DNA of 62,028 bases, counting the filler, from Basidiobolus meristosporus CBS 931.73 (Eukaryota; Fungi; Basidiobolomycota), in NCBI GenBank assembly GCA_002104905.1. It is 4 parts of 4 records of this genome, joined end to end, with 100 filler letters (N's around TTAATTAATTAA, not from the genome) between each part and the next. Parts side by side here need not be neighbours in the genome. Positions count along the whole stretch, not along the records: positions 1 to 17,881 come from MCFE01001078.1; positions 17,982 to 38,636 come from MCFE01001001.1; 2 more parts are not named here. One strand, written 5' to 3'. This document shows, one piece after another, positions 14,898-29,430 of this stretch (position 1 is the stretch's first letter; each line of letters opens with the position of its first letter). Under the pieces are notes generated by a model. The model saw only the letters and a list, made by a program, of their open reading frames with translations. It was not told the origin of the DNA and did not search any database. The position numbers were made by a program, and so were the translations under genes.

Positions 14898-15095
14898 TGG
14901 CTACCTCGAAACTACTCAATGGTTCACGTTCTTCTGGTGTAGACTCGGCGTTTTCAACGCTGCATAAATTATTGAAACCAAATAGACGAAGTAAACTTTT
15001 ATTCATCGTACAGGCAACCAGAGAGTCTCAACTTGTAATGAAGTTGTTTATCTGATGACTTTCCACTCCGGAACCTACTTCTCCTATCTATATGA

Positions 15096-16137
15096 CTAGT
15101 TGATTGCGCTCAAGCCTGACAGAATATTTTTGGATTGGAACCACAGAAAGGGGCTTTCTGGTGTATCCTGCTCCATATCAATAACACTCCCATCGGAGTG
15201 CAAGCTTATGATTTCCTCAGCATCTGCATCAACCTCATTGCTTATGTGGTTGCTTTCCAGTGTGATCACAGTAATCTTGCCTTTCAGCTTTGAGTAATTG
15301 AACATTTGTTTCGGAGTGAGAAAATCCAGTGGGTGTTCACGTGTTGTTTCTACCAATACGAAAGTGCGCGTTGGTCCTAGAGGCGGTCAAGATGCTCATC
15401 AATAGATTGGACATCCAATTGAGCATACATCGAAGCATACTTAATGTCGTTTCGTCGCTTAAATGTTGCACCAAGGTGCGAACCAGCTTTCGCTCACATG
15501 CATTGAGGATCTTCAAGTTATTGTTAAGATCAGTTGAGTGGATAGGAGGTAAAACGATCAGATATGCTGCTTTGGGGGTAGTGATGGTGGTTCCAATCAG
15601 CACCAAAAATCGGATTTGCCCCGCTTCTCCATTTTCTACACGCTGGCATGCCTTCTCTATATCCGCGAACAAAGCCTCCCCAGAGGCCAGCAACTACAAG
15701 CACGTCATTAGACAACGGGTACATGATTTAACTGAATATGTATTTACTTACATCGATGGCCTTTTTGTATTTTCGCTTGAAATGTTGTGGCTACAAAGGG
15801 AATTGATCTTAATCGAAGGGGTAGTTCAGACTGGATCTCAGCTGAGAGCCGAGTAAAACTTACGTTTTGGCTATTTCTCTCCATCTCTACCATGCTCTGG
15901 AGTTGCTCCCAAGAACTCATATGGGTTGAATAGGTACCTGTTAGCGTAAGTGTGTCAATCTCGAAGTCCAAGAGCAAACCTACCATGGAAGCTGCCCTCG
16001 AATTAGAAGGATAAACTTTACAATCGTTTTCAGTAGCCGAGTGGTGATCTCTGGAATGAAGGGGCATCTAGCTGAACTGTGATTTCCTCTAAGCTGGGCG
16101 GTGAGGTTTTAGAGGTCGCTCGGTTCATACTGCTCAT
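15096..16137 (-). CDS. MAD2L1BP: p31comet (MAD2L1-binding protein)-like HORMA protein, spliced
   Basis: Motif order matches p31comet as I recall it: LLKTIVKFILLIRGQLP; LVLIGTTITTPKAAYLIVL; ACERKLVRTLV; FLTPKQMF; C-terminal LWFQSKNILSG. Confidence 0.6.
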
Positions 16138-16394
16138 TGCATCGCCGCCAAATCCAAGTGATCACCGCGACACTGGTGGCACTATATATGATCATTGAGT
16201 CACCATTCACGAGAATAAACATGCATTTAACCAAACATCAATCAATGCAAATAGTGCGAGCTGATTTGAACTACCCACCAAGGTGGCATGGCAGTCATTC
16301 CATAATAATAAATAAAAAATACTCCAACTACATGCGGTCCGTGAGATGGACTCAGTATTCACACACCGAACGTCAGACGTTCTTATCAACGAAA

Positions 16395-17880
<1,486 letters not shown>

Positions 17881-17881
17881 A

Positions 17882-17981
17882 NNNNNNNNNNNNNNNNNNN
17901 NNNNNNNNNNNNNNNNNNNNNNNNNTTAATTAATTAANNNNNNNNNNNNNNNNNNNNNNNNNNNNNNNNNNNNNNNNNNNN
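17882..17981. other. Artificial contig spacer
   Basis: 44 N + TTAATTAATTAA + 44 N; identical at all three gaps. Confidence 0.97.
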
Positions 17982-19413
17982 TTATTTGGAATCTTTGAGT
18001 TTCAAAAGGAGTAATGCTGACTATAGTATATACTATAAGCCAGATAGAGCAAATCCAGCTCTATTAGTTCTATATGTGGATGATCTTATTATAGCCACCA
18101 ATAGCCTAGAAACATTGCACGAGACTAAATCCAGCCTACCTAAGGAGTTCAAGATGTCCCATCTAGGAGAGCTTAATTACTGCTTAGGGATTAAGTTCTC
18201 CATAGACAGAAGTACCCAGACTATCACCCTGAGCCAATCCAAGTATATTCAAGATATACTAAAGAAGTACCAAATGGAAGACTGTAAACCGGCAGCTACC
18301 CCAATGGAGACAAACCTTAACTTGGTCAAAACTCAACCAAATCAAGAGAGCTTGGTGCCATCTGAAAGCCCTGTCTTTCCTTATCAATCTTTGGTCAGCA
18401 GTCTGATGTATATCATGCTTGGAACACGTCCAGATATCTCATATTCAGTGGGAGTTGTCAGCCAACATAATCAGAACTATGGATCTGATCATATTGCAGC
18501 AGTTAAGCGGATTTTTAGATATCTAAAAGGAACTGCTGATATCTGCTTAAGATACACTTATAAGGATTCAAAACAGGATCTTGTGGGATACTCTGATGCT
18601 GATTGGGGACAAAATTTGGAAGACAGAAGATCCACCACAGGATACACCTTTCTTTACTGTAAAGGAGCAATTTCATGGAATTCAAGAAAGCAACCGACCA
18701 TAGCACTCTCCACCACAGAAGCAGAGTATATGGCAGCCTGTGAAGCTACAAAAAAAGCAATGTGGTTAAGAAAACATTTTACAGATTTAGGCATATGTCA
18801 AAAAACACTGATTACTTTATTTCAAGATAATCAAGGATTTATACTATTAGGTAGAAATCCAACTTTTCATGCTAGAACCAAGCACATAGATATTAGACAT
18901 CATTTCATACGTGAAGCTATAGAGAATAACTTAGTTAGCTTAGTTTACTGCTCTACAGATGAAATGATTGCAGACATATTTACCAAACCATTAGCTAGAG
19001 ACAAGTTTGAGTATCTTGGGTCAAAATTTGGACTAGTCAGTATGAGCATTTAGCTGTGTGGGAGTGTTGTAAAAATTTGTAATTCCACCTAAATATTCAC
19101 CTAACTTAGTCACTTAGATCATTACCGTCAAATCCTAGAGAATACTGACCAAATTCCTTGTTGGGATTTACTTTGAATATTTTCACCAAAATAGCAGGTA
19201 CCCAGAACATGAAAATTAGATAAGTTGTCCAAACAGCCCAAAACTTGGCACACATGCTCTTGGGACCTTCCTTAACCTATTCTATGTGTTTGTAATGCCA
19301 AGACCAGGTAAAAATATAAATATTACTTTTACATTCAATAAATCATTAAGTGAAAACCACATAATCTACTTGCTCTCCCAATCACTTCCAACATCTCCAA
19401 GACTCTTACAACA
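17982..19413 (+). mobile_element. Ty1/copia 3' part (RT-RNase H) with 3' LTR
   Basis: ORF 17986-19053: LYVDD, YSDADWG, RRSTTGY, ISWNSRKQPTIALSTTEAEY. Purine tract GTGGGAG precedes the LTR. Confidence 0.95.
19065..19413 (+). repeat. Copia LTR (349 bp)
   Basis: Termini TGTTGTAA...TTACAACA. Homologous LTRs at 21177, 29431, 45119 and 48413. Confidence 0.92.
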
Positions 19414-22400
19414 AAAATACTCAAAGTAAATCCCAATAAGGAATTTGGTCAGTATTCTCTAGGATTTGACAGTAATGATCTAAGTGGCTTAGTTAGGTGA
19501 ATATTTAGGTGTAATTACAAATTTTTACAACACTCCTGCTCAGCTAAATGTTCATACTGAGTAGTCATAATTTTGACATAATATATTCAAACTTGTCTCT
19601 AGCTAATGGTTTGGTAAGTATGTCTGCAATCATTTCATCTGAAGGACAGTAAACTAAGCTAACTAAGCTATTCTCTATAGCTTCACATATGAAATGATGT
19701 CTAATATAAATGTGCTTAGTTCTAGCATGAAAAGTTGGATTTCCATCCAATTGTATAAATCCTTAATTATCTTGAAATAAAGTAATAGGCGTTTTTGACA
19801 TATGCCTAAATCTGTAAAAAGCTTTCTCAACCACATTGCTTCTTTTGTAGCTTCACAGGCTGTCATATACTCTGCCTCTGTGGTGGAAAGTGCTATGGTT
19901 GGTTGCTTTCTTGAATTTCTTGAAATTGCTCCTCTACAGTAAAGAAAGGTGTATTCTGTGGTGGATCTTCTGTCTTCCATATTTTGTCCCCAATCAGCAT
20001 CAGAGTATCCCACAAGATCCTGAACTGAATTCTTATAAGTGTATCTTCAGCAGATATCAGCAGTTCCTTTTAGATATCTAAAAATCCGCTTAACTGCTGC
20101 AAAATGATCAGATCTATAGTTCTGATTATGCTGGCTGACAACTCCCACTAAATAAGAGATATCTGGACATGTTCCAAGTATAATATATGTCAGACTGCTG
20201 ACCATAGATTGATAAGGAAAGTCAGGGCTTTCAGATGGCACCAAGCTCTCATGATTTGGTTGAGTTTTGACCAGGTTAAGGTTTGTCTCCATTGGGGTAG
20301 CTGCTGGTTTACAGTCTTCCATCCAATACTTCTTTAGTATATCTTGAATAGAGCTGGATTGACTTAGGGTGATAATCTAGGGTACTTCTGTCTTTGGAGA
20401 ACTTTTTCCTAAGTAGTAACTGAGTTCTGCTAGATTTGATATCTTGAACTCCTTAGATAGGCTAGATTTAGTCTCTTCCAATGTGGTTAGGTTATTGGTG
20501 GCTATAATAAGATCATCCACATATAGAGTAAATAGAACTGAATTTTTGTATCTGGCTTATAATATATACTAAAGTCAGCATTACTCCTTTTGAAACCCAA
20601 AGATTCCAAATAAGAATCTAACTTGCAATTCCAGCTTCTTGGTGATTGATTGCAACCATATAGCAATCTTTTAAGCTTGCAGACCAAATGGGGTTTATCT
20701 TGGTAAACAAACCCATCAGGCTGGTCCATATACACATCCTCATCAGTTTTCCCATTCACAAGTGCAGCTTTTACATCCATTTGATGTATAAAACTTGGAT
20801 TTGGCTGCAATAGCCAATATTAATCTGATGGAATTAAACTTGGCTGCCAGTGCAAAGATCTCAGTATAGTCAGCCCTTTGGTTTGAGAGTATCCTTTGGC
20901 CACAAGTCTTGCTTTGTATCTTTCACTGTACCATTGGCCTTGTATTTTGTCTTTAAAACTCCTGTGCATCTAATTGATTTTTGGTTGGTTAGTAATTTGA
21001 CTAAGCCCCAAGTTTGTTTTTCCATCAGGGCCTAATATCCTCAGTCATTGCAGATCTCCAAAACTTTGACTGAGTACTATTTATGGTCTCTTTTACAGTC
21101 TGGGGCTCATCAATATGGACTGAATAGGCATAGGCTAAGTTTGTATCCTCATTGAAATAGTAATTTGGGCTATTTCTATTGTAAGAGTCTTGAAGATATT
21201 GGAAGTCATTGGGAGGATGAGTAGATTATTCAATTTTGACTTAATGATTTATTGAATGTAAAAGTAAAATTATACTTTTACATGGTCTTGGCATAAAAAA
21301 CACATAGAATAGGTTAAGGAAGGTCCCAAGAACATGTGTTCAAGGTTTGGGGCTGTTTGGACAACTTTGAGAATCTTCATGTTCTGTGTACCTGATATTT
21401 TGGTAAAAATACTCAAAGTAAATCCCAACAAGGAATTTTGTTGGTACTCTCTAGGATCTGAAGGTAGTGATCTAAGTGACCAAGTTAGGTGAATATTTAG
21501 GTGGAATTACAAATCTTTACAACAATTTCTTGTCTGATTGGATCTCTGGGCACTTGATACCAGAATGATCATTTCTGGGATATTTCTGGGCACTGATGCA
21601 GGCTGAACAACAGCTGTAGAATCCTCTGGAGTGAGAAAGTTCTCATTGCTTTGCTCTGATTCAATTCTGACTATTGGTGAACTTGAAATCAAATTTTGTC
21701 ATCATCTTATGTCATATTTTGTGAAAATTTTGAATTTTCATCAAACAACACATCCCTGGACTTGATAAGCTTCTTTGCTTTGGTAATGTAGAGTTTATAT
21801 ACTTTATTCTCATTGCAGTAGCCCAAAAATATGTATTTTACACTTTCTGGCTCAAATTTTGACTGATTTCCAGGCAGTTTCTTGGCAGATGCAGTACACC
21901 CAAATATTCTTGGATGTTATGCACTTGGTCTGTATCCATACCATGCTTCAAATGGAGTAGAATCACAAAGTATTCTGTTATAACTCCTATTCTTAAGGTA
22001 TACAGCAGTGGCAACTGGTTCCCCTCAAAAATTATAGGATAATTTTTAATCACAGATCATGGATCTTGCCATATCAATTATTGATCTGTTTGCACATTGT
22101 GCTATTCCATTTTGCCATGGTGAGCATGGTACAGTGTCTTTTGCTTAATCCCATGAATTTTGCAGAAGTGAATGAAGAGTTTTGAGGTATATTTTCCAGC
22201 ATTATCAGAGCATATTTTCTTGATTTTTTCACCAGTTTCTCTCTTCACCATAAATTTAAACTCCCTGAACTTTGACAGAGCTTCTTCCTCTATCTCCATG
22301 AAGTAGACCCATGTGTATCTTGTATAATCATCAATAAAAGTGATTAAATACCTCATTCTGCCTAAGGATATATTTTGCATAGGTCCGCACAGATCTGAGC

Positions 22401-23400
22401 AAATTAGATCCAGTTTTTCTGAGTTTTGATCAGCCAAGAGCTCTTGAATGATTGTCTCACATGTTTCCCATATATGTAGGCTTCCCAGTGCTCCAAATTA
22501 GCTGGGGGAACAATTTTTCTCCATAAATTAGCTGATTTTTGATCATTTTGTGCAAATAATCAAAATCAATGTGTCCAAATCTCCTGTGCCAAAGTATTTG
22601 TGTTACTTCATTTGAGTTACTTTGATTGGCTTGCAGATATGATGGAATATAACTCAACTTAAACAGATTCTGATCTCTGATACCCAAAGCAATGTGGGCA
22701 TCATTTTAGTCAGCAATCCTGCATCAAGAATTGTCAAAGCTGAAACTGAGTCCTTCTGATGTGGCCTTGCTTACTAATAGTAGGTTTTTGGCTATTTCTG
22801 GTGCACAGCATACTTCTTTAAAGGTCAGTATATAGCTTCCTTCACTGCTTCTAAGGTTTACCTGGATAGTTCCTTCTCCCACTGCATCAAGTGTTCTATT
22901 GTCACCCATGAAAACCTTCTTAATTGGAATTTTGTGATATTCAGTATAAAGTTCTTTTAGGCAAGTTAAGTGCTGAGATGCTCAAGAGTCAATGTACTAT
23001 GTCTGAGAATCCCTGCTTGTGGTCATTTTGAGTGCCAATATGAGTAGTCTATCTTCTGCTGATGCAGCATTGCCATACTTGGGCTTCTATTACTGATTTT
23101 CTCTCTTTTGAAGCATTTGTCAAATATGTGTTCTTTCCGTTTGCACTAATTGCAAAACAGGTTGCTGTTGCATTTAAAGGGTCTTGAGTACCTCCCTTGC
23201 TACTTATTATTGCTTATATAGCATTCTCTTCTTCTTTCCTATTGGTGCTTGATTTTCTTAATTCTTCATCCAGTAGCCTTCCATATACATAATTTAAGGT
23301 CAAATCTTCAGTTGTGGACTCTAGAGCTGACACAAGGTCCTGAAGCTTGTATTTCAGGCTACTCAGGTTAATAACTGTCATATCCTCATAAGTAGTTAGC
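19414..23400 (-). mobile_element. Degenerate Ty1/copia (same family): part of gag, protease, integrase, RT-RNase H, partial 3' LTR
   Basis: Fragmented ORFs with LWHRRFGH, SDLCGP/FIDDYTRY, HQMDVK and YSDADWG. Partial LTR at 19414-19532. Confidence 0.92.
21177..21524 (-). repeat. Copia solo LTR inside a same-family pol, 5-bp TSD
   Basis: ATTTC on both sides (21172-21176 and 21525-21529). The flanks rejoin to the uninterrupted sequence seen near 47110. Confidence 0.88.
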
Positions 23401-23404
23401 TGGC

Positions 23405-24332
23405 TGTGGCAGGGTATTCATACCTCCCACAGACATGCTTATCCATATAGCTATAATGTTGCACCTAATCATATTTTATCAAATCAGAATTATCCCATTA
23501 TTCTGCCCATATAGTTAGTATTACTCCAATATGCTGTTTATCCTGATTAGTTATCAGCATTAGCTATTCCAAATGTTACACATCTCTGGGATTACCAGTT
23601 GTATCTGCATTAGGCAGGTACCTGTAACAGTACCCATGACTCATGACCTAGGTCTGTGTTACCAGCCTAACCATTTTAATACCACATACAGTGTCTCTTT
23701 GTTGTACAGGTTTCAGACTACCAATCCCTGATGGGCTTGATGTGCAGTGCCTCTTAGAACTTTTCACAACCTTCTTAGCATGTTTTTAGCTTGTAGCAAT
23801 GTCAACAAGAACTCTACTAATGCCTGGAGCCCTCTAGAACTTTTTCATTAGTACTTGCTTGGCAATCAGAAAAATCATATAAGAGAAGTCAATCACTCAT
23901 CAATAGGTCATCTCTGCTATCAGTGGCACTTCTCCCCATTGATTAGCAGTTAATAATTGCACCTACCTGTTACAGTTATACCTCAGACTTGCCATCAAGG
24001 GGCTTTTCAGGGTGATGCTGAAGTCACACATAGGCCTTTGGAGACTCTTGGAGCACTTAGGAGCTTGAAAAGTAGGAGCTTTTACCTTAGTGACATATCC
24101 GCAAAGACACCAGCAGTTTAGACCCAGAGGATATTGCACCCATCAGACACCTCACACACCTTGTGTTGTGTAGCCTCTCCCAGAGGTACCTCTATACCAC
24201 CACAATACCCACAGATTCCATTTCATCCACAGGCAGAGTAATTCTTCCCATGAAAAGTAATTTGGTCTGGTGGATGGATTTGATTTGGATCAGCCATCAA
24301 GATCCCATCAGGAGACCATTATAACACCAGCA
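23405..24332 (+). repeat. Old solo LTR related to the gypsy LTR at 33543
   Basis: Colinear similarity, e.g. caggtttcaga...gtgcctcttagaac at about 23710-23760 and 33850-33905, and similar 3' ends. Boundaries approximate. Confidence 0.6.
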
Positions 24333-24429
24333 GCTTGCAATTAACAACTATTTACACAATCTTATGATGGGATCACAACAGCGTTTGGCTGATTTTACAA
24401 CCAAATAAAGTTAAATATATAACAGTCAT

Positions 24430-27400
24430 GAACAGTGTTTTGCCAAGGGTGGTACACCATTGTTGCAGTCTTGATGCACTCTTTGACTATATGAGTGGAT
24501 CTAACCAACCAGTATATCCAATTGTGTTACATAGCAAAAAACTTGACAGTGTTTTGATGGCCTCATTGCAAGCCTCCAATGGCAATATCATTGCAATATG
24601 GTGGCCTACAGCTAGTTCTGCATGATGTTACTGTACTGAATTACCAAATAGTATTTCCTTTTGTACCTTGCCTTGCACAGTTCATATATTCCACTGTGGA
24701 ATCACCTCACTTTATTTGCTTACATACTACTACTTTTGGTATTCTGCATATAGTTTAAATGAAAAATACCATGGCCTCCTGCATATTGCCCTCTACAAAT
24801 GCACACAACTGCCACAATTGACATATTTGTATCACCTCAACTTTGTGGCTTTTTAGTGTGCTACTTGCAAAGTTGCCATACACCTTGTATTACTGGTAGC
24901 ATATACATCTAGCAAACATATGTTTGGTTGCCACTACTTCTGCCATGAATACCCCCTGATTATCCACAAAGAACTTTTTGGTGACCAGTCAGTATATTCC
25001 TTCTCCCTGCTGGATTCTAGTCCTGCATATTGGTGCACTCTGGCTCTTGTTTGTGTGAATTCTGCAGTGAATGTTGTAGAAATTGGCTTGTGACCAAGAG
25101 TAATCCACCATACCTTGGTAGAGTTTTCCTAATAAAAATTAGTTGTTTGTTGCACCCAAACCAACTTTACATTACTTATCTGATTACCCACAAGTTGTGT
25201 TGCTTAGCTTTTTAATGCCATAGGCCTAGGTGTCTTCATGTGCACCTCTGCCCTCACTATCTTTCAACTCTTCCTGGCTGTCCTCCAAGTGCCAATGTAT
25301 CATATCCATGACAGACTTGAAGGTAATATTCTTGATGAGATTGAAATACGGTAGTACTTGCAACTTGACTCACCATCCTATCTCCCCTTACATCAGCTCC
25401 ATAGGAAACTCCCAATGTTGACACAAGGCCCAATATTCCCATCACACTAAGCAAGATGGAGTAGAGAATGAATACAGTAGCAGCGGAGATCTATGTGTTC
25501 AGCTTTATGTTTGTAGTATAACCACTCAAATCCCATCACAAACTCCTTGCACAAAAGCTGTAGATGTGTCAAGTTTGCATTGGTGATCCACTTCTGGATA
25601 AATGTTCCTACAATATCCACATATGACTCCCAATGCTTGAAATGTACTCTGGGTAGAAATTATTCTGGAGGGCCATTTGAATAAATACTTATCCAGTTCA
25701 TACAGTCTTTGCACTTGTATTGTTGCATATGCACTTGAATGCTGATTAGAGCTCATCAGAAGTACTTAAGGTAGCTGATACTTTGTAATATCCTGCCAGG
25801 TCTTTCAAACTTCTCTAGTTTCTCAAAGGGTTTATTTACCTTGAAATGGCCCATGTACACCTTGGTCATTGGTATAGGGATTGTTGAAATATTGGACTAT
25901 TTGGTATCAGTCAGCAGCTAAAAATTCACTTAAAAACTCTGGACTAGTCTTGGCAGAACTTAGTTACAGCCCTAACTTTGCCTCTTTCTTCAGATCTATG
26001 ATCCCATGATTATTCCCTGATAGTTAAGATCAAATTAGCACTTTTACCAAACATTATGTACTAACCCTGAGACGGTTACAGAATGCTCCTGAGTGTTGAG
26101 GAGCACTCTTGACTTAGTGTTACAGTGATATTACCTCTATAAAGGTATAAATATTGAAATCCCATATGAACATATAACAGTTCAACAATTATCACTACTT
26201 GTTGATAAGTTCCTTATATCCAAATCACTTCATAAATTGCAACAGGGATATTATTAAAAAGCAAATGCATTGCCCCCAGTGGAATTCTTTTGCTCCAACA
26301 GATACCCTCCATCTTAAGTATCTCTGGTTTCTAATTAAATACATATTCCAGCCAATGACTTATTGCTTGCCAATTTTGCTGCAGTAGCAGGCTGACTTCT
26401 GCACATTCTCTCTGCATGAAGATGATGTTCTTACTGTTGGTGTTTGGGTAGTAATGATGTGTGTGGGTTATGGAATAAATCCCCTGGATCTCACACATTT
26501 GACAGCATTACCATCCATTGTGCCCAGAAAAGCCTGCTATCTTGCTGATGGCTGGGGTATTTCCAATAAAGATAATAATATGTGCTTTAAGATGACAGCC
26601 ATTTACTGTTATCCTGCAGGAAAGCATACAAAGCTCATCCAGCAAGCAATACAGGTAGCTATTCAGGTTGGATGGTGGTTTAGGCCCAGAAATCAGTGAG
26701 ACTACCATACAATCTTGGCTCTAGTACCATAAGCTAGGCAGCAGATCCAGGCTGATGAGAATTAATGATCAGCAGGATTTGCTGGTAGAGCACTGGTTTG
26801 ATGAGAATCCATCATGTGCCACAGCAAAGGCATGGTCATACATACCATCAAAGTAGCCCTTGTTTCTTAGCTGTGTGTAATGCTTATCACCAAATATATT
26901 GGATATGTTTACGCTTGATTTATACTAAGATAGCTTGCCTTGTATTTGCCAGAATAAAAGCGCCTCTGCACTCTAGAAGGTCTGTTAGACCTGACTGGGA
27001 AGGTATCCACAAGAATCCTGATATGGAACTGGTTGCTGATCACTCTGGGATGTGAAAGTCTATTGGAGCTTCTGAACTTGGTATTTCAAGCTTACTCTGA
27101 GGCAATTATAACCTCTGTAAGGTGGCTTACAATTGCTGTTAGCCAGGAATGAAAGCTTCCAGGACCTTTGTTGCAATGAATAGTGAAATGAAACCTTGTA
27201 GGGCACTAGTTCTTGTAATAGTAGAGAAGCTTAACAAGGGATCTCTGAGAGTAGATTGGGGCAGATGGTCCACAGTGCTTGGGATAGATCTCCTCTAATT
27301 TGTCAAAAGGAAGTCCAGTGGTTGTGATGGAATTGATGAGAAAAGACCACTCCAATGAGTAAGTCATATTTGACCTAATACAACATTAAGTGGAGGTGAT

Positions 27401-27800
27401 ATGAATGGATTCAGTCCAATCAGCTTAATTTGTCTGATATTGCACTTTGATGCATGTCAGATCAACATGCGTGGTTCAGAGCAAAACTTCCGGCACTCAC
27501 AAAACTACTCATTTAGACACAGGTCCACTGGAGCAGGCCAAGTTGCCTCAACATTTAACATCACATTAGACTTAGCCAAGGGCTTTGCCAATGCATCAAG
27601 TTCTGCCTGCACATACCATTTCACCTGACAATCTGCAAGTTGCTTCTGGTGAACTGACTGACAATGACCAACATGAAGTGGCTGTGCTACCAGAGTTTTG
27701 GCAAGTAAAAGAACGTGTCAGAGTGTGGCACTCCAGACTGGTTCCATTATATCATATGGAGCAATTCAGCATGGCCAAGCTCTAGCATTGCACTCATCAG
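24430..27800 (-). mobile_element. Decayed CACTA/EnSpm-type (Tnp2) transposase
   Basis: LISGPKPPSNLNSYL..LLDEL...GNTPAISKIAGFSGHNG (26508-26708) and a WEFPME motif near 25400. Many stops; boundaries approximate. Confidence 0.7.
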
Positions 27801-28989
27801 CAAGGAGGCAAAATACTGACTATAAGTATACAAGTAGCCAAGATGATATTCAACAAGGAAGTTGTTGAAGTATGCAAAGTGAATAACCACACAATGCTTC
27901 AGTGATAATTCCAGTGAGAAAAAAACCTAGGTGAAGATAATGCAATGGCATTGAATTGTTACCATTTGTCACAATCCAAACAATGCATTTTTTTTGCAAT
28001 CCAAATCAAGCCATTGCAAGTTAGTGATCACTCTATTTTTGATATAGGTAATAGCAAGGCTGTCTCACACTTGAGACAGAGACCCTGCAATTAGCACCCT
28101 GAATATATATACATCATCTGTAATACTAGTGCAGCCATTTGGTCTAATTTGCACCTACATAATTTGTTGCATGCTTGCAATAGCACCTTGTCTAATTGTG
28201 AAGATCAGGGACTTACTTGCTCAGTGGGCAGAGTGGGATATTTGATGGCAAATCAGGTAGCTTGTGTATGGGCCAATGGGTCAATTGGGGGCTGAAGGCT
28301 CCAGGATACTTTTGGACCAATTAACCACTGAGATACCATCCAATTGGAGTGATAGTAACCAAGATGGTAAGTATCTATGTGATTTGTGTTGAAATGTTAG
28401 AGAGAAGTATTGGAAGTGGAATGGAGAATTAGAAGATTTCCATGATATTCACTTGCTGCTTTATTGGGTTGCAATATAATTTTTATATTTATTGCAAACT
28501 ACATACATATAGCTACTTGTTGACTGTTAGGGGAGTCTTGGGAGTACATGTGCCAAGTTTCAGCTCATTTGAACAAGTTTCAGATTTTTCTAAAACTCTG
28601 TACTTCACTAGTTTCTAATAAATTGCAAATATCTTACAAACTAATTTCTAAGTTAATACTCTGAAATATGACATTTAACTAATTGCTAGTACATAATACA
28701 TCAATAATTAGGTGGACTCCTGGATATTTCAACAGTTCAAAGTGTGATACATATTTATTTCTATTTATATCAAAGAAGCATATCCAGATACCAGATCTTA
28801 CCTACCACAGTAGTGGTATCCAATTGAGCATGTGATGCAAACATTACAAGTCGGCACAATCATCCATGCTAGCCTCATTGCATCAGATTGTGTTATAGTG
28901 TGCAAGATTGTCCCACATAGTACAAAATTGTCAATGAGCAATCCTGCCTACTGGTAGCTTTAATTTTGTGCCCAATTGCGCTTTGCAAC

Positions 28990-29430
28990 TGCAGATTGGA
29001 CTGCACACCCTGGCATGGTATAATGGAACAAGTCTTTTTAATCAAAAAATACTATGGCCTCCTGCTTACTAACCGCTATAAATGCACACACCTGCCATAA
29101 ATGACATATTTCTATCACCTCAACTTTGCAGCGTTTTATTGCAATACTTGCAAAGTTGACATATACCTTATATTACCGGTTACATATACATCTTGCAAAC
29201 ATATGCTTGGTTGCCACCACTTCTGCAATGAATACTTCATGACTATCCACAAAGAACTTTTTGGTATTTAGTCCATATACTCCTTCTCTCTGCTGGATTC
29301 TAACCCCCCTTATTAGTGCACTCTGGCTCTTGTTAGTGTCAATTTGTATTGACTGGTGAAGAAATTGGCCTGCGACCAACAAAATCCAGCATACCTTGGT
29401 AGAGTCTTCCTAATAGCATATAGTTGTTTG
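28990..29430 (-). mobile_element. Second short CACTA transposase fragment, cut by a copia LTR
   Basis: Homologous to about 24760-25150. A copia LTR starts at 29431. Confidence 0.65.
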
